Assembly (NCBI GenBank): GCA_002335425.1
Contig: DDCB01000036.1
Span: 11,470 to 75,469, forward strand
DNA length: 64,000 bases
Direction: 5' to 3'
Source: Chthonomonas sp. UBA2017
GTDB taxonomy: Bacteria; Armatimonadota; Fimbriimonadia; Fimbriimonadales; Fimbriimonadaceae
In this document: piece after piece, positions 20,978-30,539 of the stretch
Layout: each line of letters begins with the position of its first letter
Position numbering within the stretch: position 1 is the first letter of the stretch
The notes under the pieces: model-generated
Told to the model about the DNA's origin: nothing
Databases searched by the model: none
What the model saw: only the letters and a program-made list of their open reading frames with translations
Made by a program: the position numbers and the translations under genes

Positions 20978-21874
20978 ATGTCCAAACTTCTTCTCATCAC
21001 GTTCGATGGCGGCGCTGAGGGCCATCAGCTGGCGGGATTCGCCCAAAAGCTCGGTCTGCCCTTTGATGTTCTCTGCATCTCGGGCGAGGCCCCGACCGAA
21101 ATCGGAGCGGCTCGCGTCCTGAATGCGGGCCTCGCCGAAGTCCCCCCAGCGGACGCGCTTGCCGAGGGTCTCAAATCGCTCGTGGCCGGATACTCGCACA
21201 TCGCGGGACTGTCGAATATGCGCTCGAAAGACGTTCTGGCTCGGCTGGCAGGCCTCATCGAGGCCGGCATGGTCACCGACGTGATCGGGCTCCAATCCCC
21301 AACGTCCTTCACTCGCCCCATGGTCGCCGGAAGCGTCATTGCCACCGTCGAGGTCCTGGCCGAGCCGGTCATCCTCACCGTTCGCCCCGCCGGATTCCCG
21401 GCTGATCCTGTGAGCGGCAGTTCGCCGGTCGAATCGGTGACCCTCGCCGCGAGCGGACAGGCCCAAAGAATTTCGGTGACTGCCCGAGGCGGGGCTCGAC
21501 CCGACCTCTCTCAAGCTCGGGTGGTGGTTTCCGGAGGCCGGCCGCTCGGCGATGCCGAGACCTTCGAGCGCGTGATCGGCGGATTTGCCGATGCCTTGGG
21601 CGGTGCGGCCGGAGCCACTCGAGCCGCGGTTGATAGCGGGATCGCCGCCAACGAGCTTCAGGTGGGTCAGACCGGCAAGATCGTCGCTCCGGAACTGTAC
21701 ATCGCCGCCGGCATCAGCGGCTCGACGCAACACATGGCGGGCATCAAGGATTCCAAACTGATCGTCGCGATCAACAAGGATCCCGATGCTCCCATCTTTG
21801 AGTTTGCTGACCTCGGACTTGTGGGGGATCTGTTCGAAGTTATCCCGGAAATCCGAGCCAAGCTCAGCGTTTAA
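20978..21874 (+). CDS. etfA: electron transfer flavoprotein alpha subunit
   Basis: Contains the FAD-binding C-terminal signature PELYIAAGISGSTQHMAGIKDSKLIVAINKDPDAPIF. Confidence 0.9.
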   Translation: MSKLLLITFDGGAEGHQLAGFAQKLGLPFDVLCISGEAPTEIGAARVLNAGLAEVPPADALAEGLKSLVAGYSHIAGLSNMRSKDVLARLAGLIEAGMVTDVIGLQSPTSFTRPMVAGSVIATVEVLAEPVILTVRPAGFPADPVSGSSPVESVTLAASGQAQRISVTARGGARPDLSQARVVVSGGRPLGDAETFERVIGGFADALGGAAGATRAAVDSGIAANELQVGQTGKIVAPELYIAAGISGSTQHMAGIKDSKLIVAINKDPDAPIFEFADLGLVGDLFEVIPEIRAKLSV

Positions 21875-21886
21875 GCCTAGCAACAA

Positions 21887-21934
21887 TGAAAGGTGCCTCG
21901 ATACGCAGATTTCCTGCGATCGAGGCACCTTTCA
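21887..21934. terminator. bidirectional terminator hairpin between etfA and pepF
   Basis: 16-bp stem tgaaaggtgcctcgat/atcgaggcacctttca. The 16-nt loop has its own 5-bp inner stem, cgcag/ctgcg. Confidence 0.7.
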
Positions 21935-21936
21935 AC

Positions 21937-23736
21937 TTAGCGAGTCAATTGCTCAAATTCGTCAATATCTTGCCGAACAACCTGTAAGCTCTGCGCCCAA
22001 AACTCTTCCGATTCGATGTCGATCCCAAACCTGCGCCCGAGCGAAGCGGCATCGTCCATTCCTGTGCTGCTCAGCAAGTCGTCATAGTTCGATCGGAAGG
22101 CATCTGGCTCGGCCTGATATTGTGCATAAAGCCCTAAACCAAAGAGCAAGCCAAACATGTAAGGAAAGTTGTAGAAAGCTCGCCCATAATAGTGAGGCTT
22201 AGCTGCCCACATATAGGGATGAAGGGCGTTCGAATCAAGCCCATCCCCATAGGTCTCTTTCTGCGACCAAGTCATGAGCTCACAGAGCTCTTGCGGGCTT
22301 AATTCTCGTTGCTTTCGTTGATTGAAGACCGCCTCTTCGAACAAGTAGCGAGACGAGATATCGACCACCACTTGGCAAGCCCCCATCAGCGAGGTTTCGA
22401 GAATATCCAGCTTCTCTTCCGGTGAGGCCGTTTGAAGGGCCCCTTTCTTGATGATTGTTTCGCAGAAAATGCTGGCGGTTTCTGCCAAAGTCATCGGCGT
22501 TTGTTTCTGATACGGCGTGCGCGTCGCCATACAAACATTGTGATAAGCATGACCCAGCTCATGGGCCAAGGTGCTCACCCACTTGAACGACGGCACATAG
22601 TTCAGAAGGACTCGGGATTCATCGCCGCGCGTCCCCATGCAAAAGGCCCCATCTCGCTTCCCCGGACGAGGGGCCACGTCGATCCAGTTCTCGCGGTAAG
22701 ACCGCTCGGCAAACTCGCGCAATTTGCTCGAATACGTGCCGAACTGCTCCGCCACAAAGTCGCACGCTTCTTGGTAATCCCAAGCCCGGCTGCTCGCTCC
22801 GATCGGAGCAAACATATCGTAAAAAGCGAGCTTCCCACCAGGGATGCCGAGCTTTCGAGCTTTCGCATCCAAATATCGCCGAAAATCAGGAAAGCTCTTC
22901 TTGGCCGCGCTCATCATCGCGTCCAAAGCCTGGCGCGACATATGGGCCGTAAAGCACGCCTCGTCGAGCGGAGAATTCCAACCTCGTTTTTGAAGAAGCG
23001 TCAGCGACTCGCCTTTGATCCCGTTCATCGAGGCCGCCAAAATCACGTCGACCTGGCTCCAGGCATCGAGCTCGGCATCATAAGCCGCCTTGCGGACGCT
23101 TCGGTCCGAGTCCATCGCGTAGTTCCGTACGCTGCTCATCGGAATGGTCTCCGTCCGCCCTCCGATTTCGAGCGTGACTTCGAGCTGACTCGTGACGTTG
23201 CCGTGGAGCTTGGCCCAGGCTGTGCTCCCGCTCAGCTTGAGCTCGGCGGCCAACATCTCTTCGGGCATCGACATCTGGTGGCGCGCTAACCGATGGGCTT
23301 TTCGAACGGCAAACGAGTGCGATTCAGCGACTCCGCTTTTCAGAATGAGAGCCTCGACGTCGACCGTTCCAAGCCAAGCCGTCAGCCGAGTGTTCAACTT
23401 CGCTAAATCGGAGCCCACGAGCTGAAGCTCACTTTCTTTCGCTTGGGCCAGGGTGTCCCGCGAGTCGGTGGTCACGAAGCCGGCAATATACGCCCCAACG
23501 AGACGCATCCGCTCGGTGAGCGTGTTCATCCCCACCGTCACTTCGTCAAAAACTTCAGCCGTTTGTTCAGGCGTTCGACCGGGCGAATCCGGGCCGATTT
23601 GGTGATGATTCAACAACACGCCGAGTTGGGCCGTTGCTTCCTTGAGCGAGGCAAATTCTTGCTCAAACTCGGCGGATTGGAGGCTCGGAAAATAGGGGGT
23701 CATGTCCCATCGCGGGGCTTCGGTGACGGCGCTCAT
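21937..23736 (-). CDS. pepF: M3-family oligoendopeptidase F
   Basis: 599 aa with zinc motif HELGHAYH. The length and flanking sequence are typical of M3B peptidases. Confidence 0.85.
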   Translation of the reverse strand: MSAVTEAPRWDMTPYFPSLQSAEFEQEFASLKEATAQLGVLLNHHQIGPDSPGRTPEQTAEVFDEVTVGMNTLTERMRLVGAYIAGFVTTDSRDTLAQAKESELQLVGSDLAKLNTRLTAWLGTVDVEALILKSGVAESHSFAVRKAHRLARHQMSMPEEMLAAELKLSGSTAWAKLHGNVTSQLEVTLEIGGRTETIPMSSVRNYAMDSDRSVRKAAYDAELDAWSQVDVILAASMNGIKGESLTLLQKRGWNSPLDEACFTAHMSRQALDAMMSAAKKSFPDFRRYLDAKARKLGIPGGKLAFYDMFAPIGASSRAWDYQEACDFVAEQFGTYSSKLREFAERSYRENWIDVAPRPGKRDGAFCMGTRGDESRVLLNYVPSFKWVSTLAHELGHAYHNVCMATRTPYQKQTPMTLAETASIFCETIIKKGALQTASPEEKLDILETSLMGACQVVVDISSRYLFEEAVFNQRKQRELSPQELCELMTWSQKETYGDGLDSNALHPYMWAAKPHYYGRAFYNFPYMFGLLFGLGLYAQYQAEPDAFRSNYDDLLSSTGMDDAASLGRRFGIDIESEEFWAQSLQVVRQDIDEFEQLTR

Positions 23737-23806
23737 GCTCCCTTTCTACCCGTTTCCAAAAGTTCTGGTTCCCGCACCCAGGACCGGCCTTCCTGTCAGA
23801 CCCATA

Positions 23807-25276
23807 ATGGGAAAGATGACGACGATTCTGGCCTCCGCTCTGATGTCGGGACTGCTCGGCGCGCCGCCCCAGCCACCTGCGCTTCCACGCGAGTTTCGCG
23901 GCCTGTGGGTTGCGACCGTCGCGAACATCGACTTCCCTACGCGGCCCGGGCTCGATGCCGAGTCGATGGATCAGGAGCTGGTCCAACTTGTGGCCCGCGC
24001 CCGCCAGGCCGGGATCAATGCCTTGCTGTATCAAGCCCGGCCCACCGGAGATGCCGCCTACGCAAGTTCACTGGAGCCCTGGAGCGAGTATTTAGGCCCC
24101 CGTCGGCCAACCGGCTGGGACCCACTGGCGCGGCTCATCTCGCTCGCCCACGGCGCGGGCATCGAGGTCCATGCGTGGATCAACCCGTTCCGGGCTCGCC
24201 ACAGCACCCTCAAAAACCCCCTCGGCCCCACTCATCTCGGCGTCGTTCATCCCGACACGATGGTGGAATACGGCAATCAGCTCTGGTTCAATCCGGCCGA
24301 TTCTCGCGTCCAAGCCCGGGCCTTGACCGTTGCGCGCGACTTTTTGCGGCGATACCCGCTTGACGGCCTCCACATGGACGACTATTTTTATCCCTATCCG
24401 CTGGTCAGCGGCGGCAAGCGAATTCCGTTCGACGACGGTGCCACCTATCAGGCGTACCGCCAGCGAGGGGGTCCGCTCGATCTGGCAGCTTGGCGTCGAC
24501 ACCGAATCAACCAATTTGTCCAAAACCTGGGCCAAGTGGTCCGCAAAGAGCGACCCTCAGCTCGATATGGCATCAGCCCCTTCGGCATCTATCGACCGGG
24601 AATCCCCCGAGGCATCGAGGCGGGGCTCGACCCTTACGTCGATCTTTCGGCAGACGCCTTACTTTGGCTCAAACGAGGCTGGATCGACTACTTAGCACCG
24701 CAGTTGTACTGGCCTCTGGAGAGCAAAGGCCAACCCTTTGAGCCCCTCCTGAGATGGTGGAAGTCACAGACCCCGGACGTGGTGCATCTTTGGCCTGGAA
24801 TGAGTATCTCTCGCCTGGACCCTGACCAACAAAACTGGCCCATTTCTGAGATCGAGAATCAAGTCAACTTGGTGCGAAAGTACGAGACCGCGGGAATGAT
24901 CTTTTTTAGTGCAAAAATGATCTTGAATAACACCAAAAACATTCGGCAAGAACTGTTTCCTCAGCTCATGAAGGAAGCAGCTCTTCCACCAGCGCTTCTT
25001 CGCGGATCGAAGACGCCGCCTCGTCCGCCTCGCTTAGCCTGGAAATCGGGGCGACTCACTTGGACTCTTGCGGATATCAAAAAGACCAAGTGGGTGACCC
25101 TTCAATCCTTCGAAAAGGGACAGTGGAAGCTTCAGAAAGTTCTGCCACCCCGAGCCGCTGGATTTGAAAACATGACCGGAGATTGGATCGCAGTTCGAAC
25201 GGTCAACCTTCAGGGTCAGGAAAGTCCTCCAGTTCTTCTTCGACCTGCCAAAGGGGCAATTCGACCCGGAAACTAG
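23807..25276 (+). CDS. glycoside-hydrolase-like (GHL10 / YngK-YddW family) secreted protein
   Basis: ATG 23807 gives a signal-like MGKMTTILASALMSGLLGAP. The family-typical start LPREFRGLWVATVANIDFP follows. The track start at 23702 overlaps pepF and was rejected. Confidence 0.7.
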   Translation: MGKMTTILASALMSGLLGAPPQPPALPREFRGLWVATVANIDFPTRPGLDAESMDQELVQLVARARQAGINALLYQARPTGDAAYASSLEPWSEYLGPRRPTGWDPLARLISLAHGAGIEVHAWINPFRARHSTLKNPLGPTHLGVVHPDTMVEYGNQLWFNPADSRVQARALTVARDFLRRYPLDGLHMDDYFYPYPLVSGGKRIPFDDGATYQAYRQRGGPLDLAAWRRHRINQFVQNLGQVVRKERPSARYGISPFGIYRPGIPRGIEAGLDPYVDLSADALLWLKRGWIDYLAPQLYWPLESKGQPFEPLLRWWKSQTPDVVHLWPGMSISRLDPDQQNWPISEIENQVNLVRKYETAGMIFFSAKMILNNTKNIRQELFPQLMKEAALPPALLRGSKTPPRPPRLAWKSGRLTWTLADIKKTKWVTLQSFEKGQWKLQKVLPPRAAGFENMTGDWIAVRTVNLQGQESPPVLLRPAKGAIRPGN

Positions 25277-26495
25277 AGCCTCGATTCAGCTGGCTTTGAA
25301 CCTGGATTGTCCCCCCATAGCTCTCGACGAGGTGGCGAACGATGCTCAGGCCGAGGCCCGTCCCGCCGCTCGCCCGCGAACGACCCTTGTCGACTCGATA
25401 GAATCTTTCAAAGATTCGGGTTTGGTGCTCACTCGCAATTCCAATCCCCGTATCTTGGACGTGAAGGATTGCACTTTGTCCCTCGACAAAGCCGGCAACG
25501 CGAACCGAACCTTGCACCGTATACTTGATCGCATTATCAACAAGATTGAGGACAATCTGAGTCAACCTTTCGTGCGGCACCGCGGCAAAGACTTCAGGAG
25601 AAGTTTCTGCTGTCAACTCCAGTTTTTTCTTCTTCGCTTTTGGCTGTAACTGTCGCACGACTTCAGCGATGATTTCGCCCAAGTCTGAAACCCCACTTTG
25701 ATGCTCTTCCGACTCGGCGCTACTCAGCAACAGAAGATCGTCCACGATCGACGTGAGTCGGTCAATTTCGTTCATGATCTTATCCAGATACCGCTTTTGC
25801 AAAGGCGGATCAGGCACCGAAAGATCGTCCAACGTTTCGGCCATCGCCCGAATCGAGCTCATCGGAGTCCGGAGCTCGTGAGAAACGTTTGCAACAAAGT
25901 CTTGACGAACTCGCTCCAAGCGCCGCAGGTCAGTCACGTCGTAGATGCTCAAAAAGACCCGAGGGCGGTCGGCCGACTCGGGCCAAGCCCGGGCGATCCC
26001 CGTGCGATCGCCGCCGGTCCCGAGCCGAATTTCTGCGGTCACTGGAAGCTGCTTTTGGCCTGCATCCAGAACAATTTTTTGGAGCTCTTGCGACAGGCTG
26101 ACCGCAAGGATGGATCGGCCGGTCGGCTCCTCAAACCGAAAAAGCTTGATCGCCGCACGATTGGCATACTCGATGTTGCCGCGATCGTCCAAAACGCAAA
26201 TCGCCGTATCGAGTCCTTCGGCCAGCTCATCGATCATCTCTCGCAGGCCGCTCAGTCGTCGCTCGGCCAACATCGTGCGCTTTTCTTCTCGACGCGCCGC
26301 TTCGAGGGCATTCAAGAGTCGACCTCGAAGTGCCGCCGTAAGCCCAACTGCACCCAAGCTCACGACGAGACCCAGAGTCATCCAGGCGACATGGGCCCCG
26401 CCCATCACCCAGCTCAAAACCCAGCACACCGGCGCGAGAAAAGCCAGCAAGATCGCGAGAATCGCGAGTCTCTTTCCGGTCCGAGCGGAGTTCAT
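25203..26495 (-). CDS. sensor histidine kinase (2 TM, PAS-like, HisKA, HATPase_c)
   Basis: H-box FVANVSHELRTPMSSI, N-box LVDNAIKYT, G-boxes DTGIGI and GGTGLGLSIV. No response regulator gene is adjacent. Confidence 0.85.
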   Translation of the reverse strand: MNSARTGKRLAILAILLAFLAPVCWVLSWVMGGAHVAWMTLGLVVSLGAVGLTAALRGRLLNALEAARREEKRTMLAERRLSGLREMIDELAEGLDTAICVLDDRGNIEYANRAAIKLFRFEEPTGRSILAVSLSQELQKIVLDAGQKQLPVTAEIRLGTGGDRTGIARAWPESADRPRVFLSIYDVTDLRRLERVRQDFVANVSHELRTPMSSIRAMAETLDDLSVPDPPLQKRYLDKIMNEIDRLTSIVDDLLLLSSAESEEHQSGVSDLGEIIAEVVRQLQPKAKKKKLELTAETSPEVFAAVPHERLTQIVLNLVDNAIKYTVQGSVRVAGFVEGQSAILHVQDTGIGIASEHQTRIFERFYRVDKGRSRASGGTGLGLSIVRHLVESYGGTIQVQSQLNRGSSFRVELPLWQVEEELEDFPDPEG

Positions 26496-26535
26496 GAGTC
26501 CTTAGTTTACGCTCCATCTCGTATACTGGCGCACG

Positions 26536-27081
26536 ATGATACGCTCAACCACCGTGGTCGGAGTGACGCGAGACGGCCAAACGAGCCTGGCTGCCGACGG
26601 TCAAGTCACCTTCGGCGAAGCCACGATCTTAAAGAGAAGCGCCCGAAAGGTCCGCCGGATCGCGGGAGGGCGAGTCATCTTGGGCTTTGCGGGATCGGTC
26701 GCCGACGCCCAAGCACTCAGCGACCGCCTGGAGATCAAGCTGGATGCTCACGGCGGGAGTCTGCGCCGGGCCGCGGTCGAATTCGTCAAGGATTGGCGAA
26801 CGGATAAGATTCTTCGCCAGCTCAACGCCATGATCCTTGCCGCGGATTCTGAAGGGATGTTGCTCCTGAGCGGAGATGGGAACGTCATTGAGCCCGACGA
26901 AGGCGTCGCCGCCATCGGATCGGGCGGACCCTACGCCTTGGCGGCGGCCCGGAGCCTCGTGCGGCATACGTCGCTCACGGCCGAAGCCATTGCCCGCGAA
27001 TCGCTGCTCGTGGCCGCAGAGATTTGCGTCTACACGAACGACCAAATTATTCAAGAAAATCTGCCGCTGACCAGCTCATGA
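26536..27081 (+). CDS. hslV: ATP-dependent protease subunit HslV
   Basis: Begins MIRS-TTVVGVTRDGQTSLAADGQVTFG (N-terminal Thr nucleophile after processing). Also has GSGGPYALAAARSL. Confidence 0.9.
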   Translation: MIRSTTVVGVTRDGQTSLAADGQVTFGEATILKRSARKVRRIAGGRVILGFAGSVADAQALSDRLEIKLDAHGGSLRRAAVEFVKDWRTDKILRQLNAMILAADSEGMLLLSGDGNVIEPDEGVAAIGSGGPYALAAARSLVRHTSLTAEAIARESLLVAAEICVYTNDQIIQENLPLTSS

Positions 27082-27521
27082 GCCAACCGCGACTTGTCGG
27101 CCTGATCGCGACGATTCACGAGCTTCAGGCTGCCTTTCTGGAGCCAGTTTTGCGCCAAGAAGGGTTGACCTGGAGCCTCTTTCAGTTGCTTTCGCTCGTC
27201 AACTCCAGTCCCAGCCCGGTTCACCAAGCCCAAATCGCCGAGGAGCTTGGCATCACTCCGGCCTCACTCAGCGAAGCCTTGGATGCGGCAAGTCGGAAAG
27301 GATGGATCGAACGGACCTCCGAACCGAGTGACCGACGAAAAAAGTCCATTGCCCTCACCCCAAAAGCCGAATCGGCCCTGGCCCAAGTGCTCGCCGCCAC
27401 CGAGCAGTGCGAGCGAATCGCTACCGTGGGCTTCACCGCATCTGAGCGGAGCCAACTTGCCCAAGCCCTACGCCGGATATCCCGCCAGCTCGGGAGTGTT
27501 CTCGAAGAAAAGTCCACCTAA
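27078..27521 (+). CDS. MarR-family transcriptional regulator
   Basis: ATG 27078 overlaps the hslV stop (ATGA). A winged-helix region is present (SPVHQAQIAEELGITPASLSEALDAASRKGWIERTSEPSDRRKKSIALTPKA). Confidence 0.8.
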   Translation: MSQPRLVGLIATIHELQAAFLEPVLRQEGLTWSLFQLLSLVNSSPSPVHQAQIAEELGITPASLSEALDAASRKGWIERTSEPSDRRKKSIALTPKAESALAQVLAATEQCERIATVGFTASERSQLAQALRRISRQLGSVLEEKST

Positions 27522-27581
27522 TACATCGCCACTTTTTCCCATTCTCTTGCGTCTTGTTGCACAAGAGGCACGAGAAAGCTG

Positions 27582-27947
27582 ATGCTCAGGATTGTGGGAG
27601 TTCAACGTTCGGCGACAGTCGAGAGTGAGTTTGTTCTTTTGCAGAATCAGAGTGCGATGCGGATCGGCATCCGCGGGCACGCCTTGCTCAGCGAGCGCGA
27701 TCTGCTCCAGGCCTCCGGAGCTGCCGTTCTGAATGAGGATGAGATTGTTCCGCCGAGTGCCTATATCATGGTGCGCTCGGGGTCCGGGCGAAATCGATGG
27801 GGAAAATCCAAAGACGGTGCTTTGGTTTATCACCTCTTTCTTGGAGCCTCACGACCCCTTTGGCCGGGAGAGTCCGGGGCCCTACACCTGTTGCATATTC
27901 AGCACTCTTACAGCGAGCGAAGAGAGCCGGTTCTGATGGTCTCTTAA
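27582..27947 (+). CDS. hypothetical protein, lamin-tail-domain-like pattern
   Basis: 121 aa. The pattern ESEFVLLQNQS..IGIRGHALL...PPSAYIMVRSGSG...ALHLL resembles LTD beta-sandwich proteins. This is a weak call. Confidence 0.45.
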   Translation: MLRIVGVQRSATVESEFVLLQNQSAMRIGIRGHALLSERDLLQASGAAVLNEDEIVPPSAYIMVRSGSGRNRWGKSKDGALVYHLFLGASRPLWPGESGALHLLHIQHSYSERREPVLMVS

Positions 27948-28540
27948 GACTGGTTCCAAGCCTCAATTGCTCGATCTAATCCACTCGAACCCATCGCTTC
28001 GAATCCGGCATAGATTTTGCGAAACGCTTGTTCAATATCCACTCGCTCTTCGGGTCGAAATCGGCTCAGAACATGGCTCACAGTTTCGTCATCACTCTTA
28101 TCGATTCCGATCCGAATTCGCGGATAGTCCTGGGTGCCTAAACTCTGAGCAATCGACCGGTGACCATTGTGTCCTCCGGCTCCCCCTTTCATCCGGGCGC
28201 GGACCTTCCCCACCGGAAGGTCGAGATCGTCGGTGATGACGATCAGCTGCGAAGCTTTTAGTCCATACTCATGCAGGAGGATCTTGATGCATTGCCCGCT
28301 CAAATTCATGAAGGTCATCGGCTTGAGAAGGACGACGGGTAAGTCACAAAGTTGACCGACGCCATAGACGCCCCGATGCTTGCGAATCTTGAGAACAATC
28401 CCACTTTTTTCCGCCAGTCGATCGACACAATCAAACCCGACATTATGCCGAGTTCCCGAGTATTCTGGGCCCGGATTGCCGAGTCCGGCTATGATCCACT
28501 CGGGAGGAAGCGTGGGCTCGACTGATTTTCGTCTAAACAT
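27944..28540 (-). CDS. pth: peptidyl-tRNA hydrolase
   Basis: Contains IIAGLGNPGPEYSGTRHNVGF and GGAGGHNGHRSI motifs. Confidence 0.9.
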   Translation of the reverse strand: MFRRKSVEPTLPPEWIIAGLGNPGPEYSGTRHNVGFDCVDRLAEKSGIVLKIRKHRGVYGVGQLCDLPVVLLKPMTFMNLSGQCIKILLHEYGLKASQLIVITDDLDLPVGKVRARMKGGAGGHNGHRSIAQSLGTQDYPRIRIGIDKSDDETVSHVLSRFRPEERVDIEQAFRKIYAGFEAMGSSGLDRAIEAWNQS

Positions 28541-29415
28541 ACGACTGAATGGGCTCCGTATTGAGCGGATTTTGTTGGGGCCTCACCATCCATCGGCCGG
28601 AGAATTCCCTGCTGCAAAAGGATCAAAAGAGCCACGCCGAGCAAGAGCCGATAAATAATGAAGATCCACGAAGATTTGGTCGCGAGAAACTTGAGCAAGA
28701 ATGCAATGGATGCATAGCCACTCATGAAGGCGGCGACGTTCGCCAAAATCACAACTCCAGCTTGGGGTCCGAAAAAGACGTCGCGATGCTCCGCAATCTG
28801 AAACACGCCCGCCAAAAAGATCGCCGGAACACTCAGCAAAAAGCTGAATTTGGCCGCAGTAGACCGGTCAAAGCCAAAGAACATGGCTCCCGTCATCGTC
28901 GATCCACTTCGGCTCGCCCCGGGGATGAGCGCAATGCACTGCCAAAGACCGACCCAAAGGCCGTCCACCGGGCGGACCGAGTCCAGGGCGCGCTTCTTGC
29001 TCCCGATCACCTCAGCCGCACCCATCAAAAGCCCGATGCCGATCAGCATCCCGGCCACCACATAGAGCGAGCGAAAATCCCCTTCAATCTGGTCCTTCAA
29101 CGCGAATCCCAGGATGGAGATCGGAATCGTGCCCCAGAAAATGGCCCACCCCATCTTGGCATCGGGCCCCAGGGGAGTCCCTTTTTCACGGCGAAAGCTC
29201 CCCACCCACCCCCGAAAGGCGAGAGCGAGCTCGGATCGAAAGTAGATCAAGACCGCCAGCAAAGTGCCGAGTTGAATCGCCGCCGTAAATGGTGCTCCCG
29301 GGTCCGGCCACCCCGCGAGCGCCGGGATCACCCGAATATGCCCAGTGCTGCTAATAGGCAGGAATTCCGTAATTCCTTGCACAATTCCTAAAATGATGGC
29401 TTGGAGGGCGTCCAT
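28489..29415 (-). CDS. uppP: undecaprenyl-diphosphate phosphatase
   Basis: Begins MDALQAIILGIVQGITEFLPISSTGH. Contains PGASRSGSTM. Multi-TM protein. Its 3' end overlaps the pth start by 52 nt. Confidence 0.9.
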   Translation of the reverse strand: MDALQAIILGIVQGITEFLPISSTGHIRVIPALAGWPDPGAPFTAAIQLGTLLAVLIYFRSELALAFRGWVGSFRREKGTPLGPDAKMGWAIFWGTIPISILGFALKDQIEGDFRSLYVVAGMLIGIGLLMGAAEVIGSKKRALDSVRPVDGLWVGLWQCIALIPGASRSGSTMTGAMFFGFDRSTAAKFSFLLSVPAIFLAGVFQIAEHRDVFFGPQAGVVILANVAAFMSGYASIAFLLKFLATKSSWIFIIYRLLLGVALLILLQQGILRPMDGEAPTKSAQYGAHSVVCLDENQSSPRFLPSGS

Positions 29416-30539
29416 GACTTTTCTTCTGGGCTCTCCATCCCTAAGAGCCTCAACGCATGATATCGGATTCGGGGCGCGGCCCGCCCGTCGCCATAGGGGC
29501 TGGTGGCTTGCGCCATCTTCGTGTAGGCGGCCGGGTCGCGAAGAAGGGTCAGAGCCTCGGACTCGATGCGGGCCTCGTCCGATCCAACGAGCTTGGCGGT
29601 CCCGACGGCCACTCCCTCCGGACGTTCAGTCGTCTCTCGCAAGACCAAAACCGGAATTCCAAACGCGGGCGCTTCCTCTTGAATCCCGCCAGAATCCGTC
29701 AAGATTATGCGGCAAACTTGCATCAATTTGACAAACTCGGCATAGGCCGGAGGCTCAATGAGACGAACCCGAGGATGATCCCCCAAGATTCGCTCAAGGA
29801 CTTCGCGAACCACCGGATTGCGATGCATCGGCACCACCCCGAGAAGGTCTGGCTCAGCTTCCAAGATTCGGCGAAAAGCGCGCGAAATCCGCTCTTGGGC
29901 CGCGCCCCAGTTCTCTCGCCGGTGTGTCGTCAGCATCAATATTCGGCCTGAATGCTCAGCAAACCACTCTTTGGGCTCGTGTTGAGCGACGTAATGCACC
30001 GCGTCAATCCCCGTGTTTCCGGTGACAAAGATGACTTCTGAAGGCACTCGCTCCAGGCGGAGTTGCTCGGCGTTGACCTCCGTAGGGCAGTAGTGGTGGC
30101 TCGCCACCAGACTGCTCGCGCGGCGATTGAACTCCTCGGGAAAGGGGTCATTGATCACGGGAGTGCGGAGCCCGGCTTCCACATGGGCGAAAGGAATTTG
30201 TCGATAAAACGCCGCTAAACTTGCAACAAACGTCGTAGTTGTGTCGCCTTGAGCGATGATGAGCTGAGGCTGAACCTCTCCGAGCCACCGGTCCAGTCCG
30301 ACCAGGGCACGGCTCGTGACCTCGGCCAGAGTCTGCCCGTGGGTCATGATCTCCAGGTCGTGGTCAGCGCGGATGCCAAAGGTGCCCAAAGCCTGGTCGA
30401 GCATTTCGCGATGCTGCCCGGTCGAAAGAACAAGCGGCTCAACCCGATCCGAGTAACGCTGGAGCTCCAAGATCACCGGAGCCATCTTGATCGTGTCGGG
30501 CCGTGTCCCGACGATGCAAGCCACCCTAGGCCGCGCCAT
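29388..30539 (-). CDS. wecB: UDP-N-acetylglucosamine 2-epimerase (non-hydrolysing)
   Basis: Contains VACIVGTRPDTIKMAPV, HVEAGLRT and ILTDSGGIQEEAPAFGIPVLVLRETTERPEG. Confidence 0.9.
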   Translation of the reverse strand: MARPRVACIVGTRPDTIKMAPVILELQRYSDRVEPLVLSTGQHREMLDQALGTFGIRADHDLEIMTHGQTLAEVTSRALVGLDRWLGEVQPQLIIAQGDTTTTFVASLAAFYRQIPFAHVEAGLRTPVINDPFPEEFNRRASSLVASHHYCPTEVNAEQLRLERVPSEVIFVTGNTGIDAVHYVAQHEPKEWFAEHSGRILMLTTHRRENWGAAQERISRAFRRILEAEPDLLGVVPMHRNPVVREVLERILGDHPRVRLIEPPAYAEFVKLMQVCRIILTDSGGIQEEAPAFGIPVLVLRETTERPEGVAVGTAKLVGSDEARIESEALTLLRDPAAYTKMAQATSPYGDGRAAPRIRYHALRLLGMESPEEKSWTPSKPSF

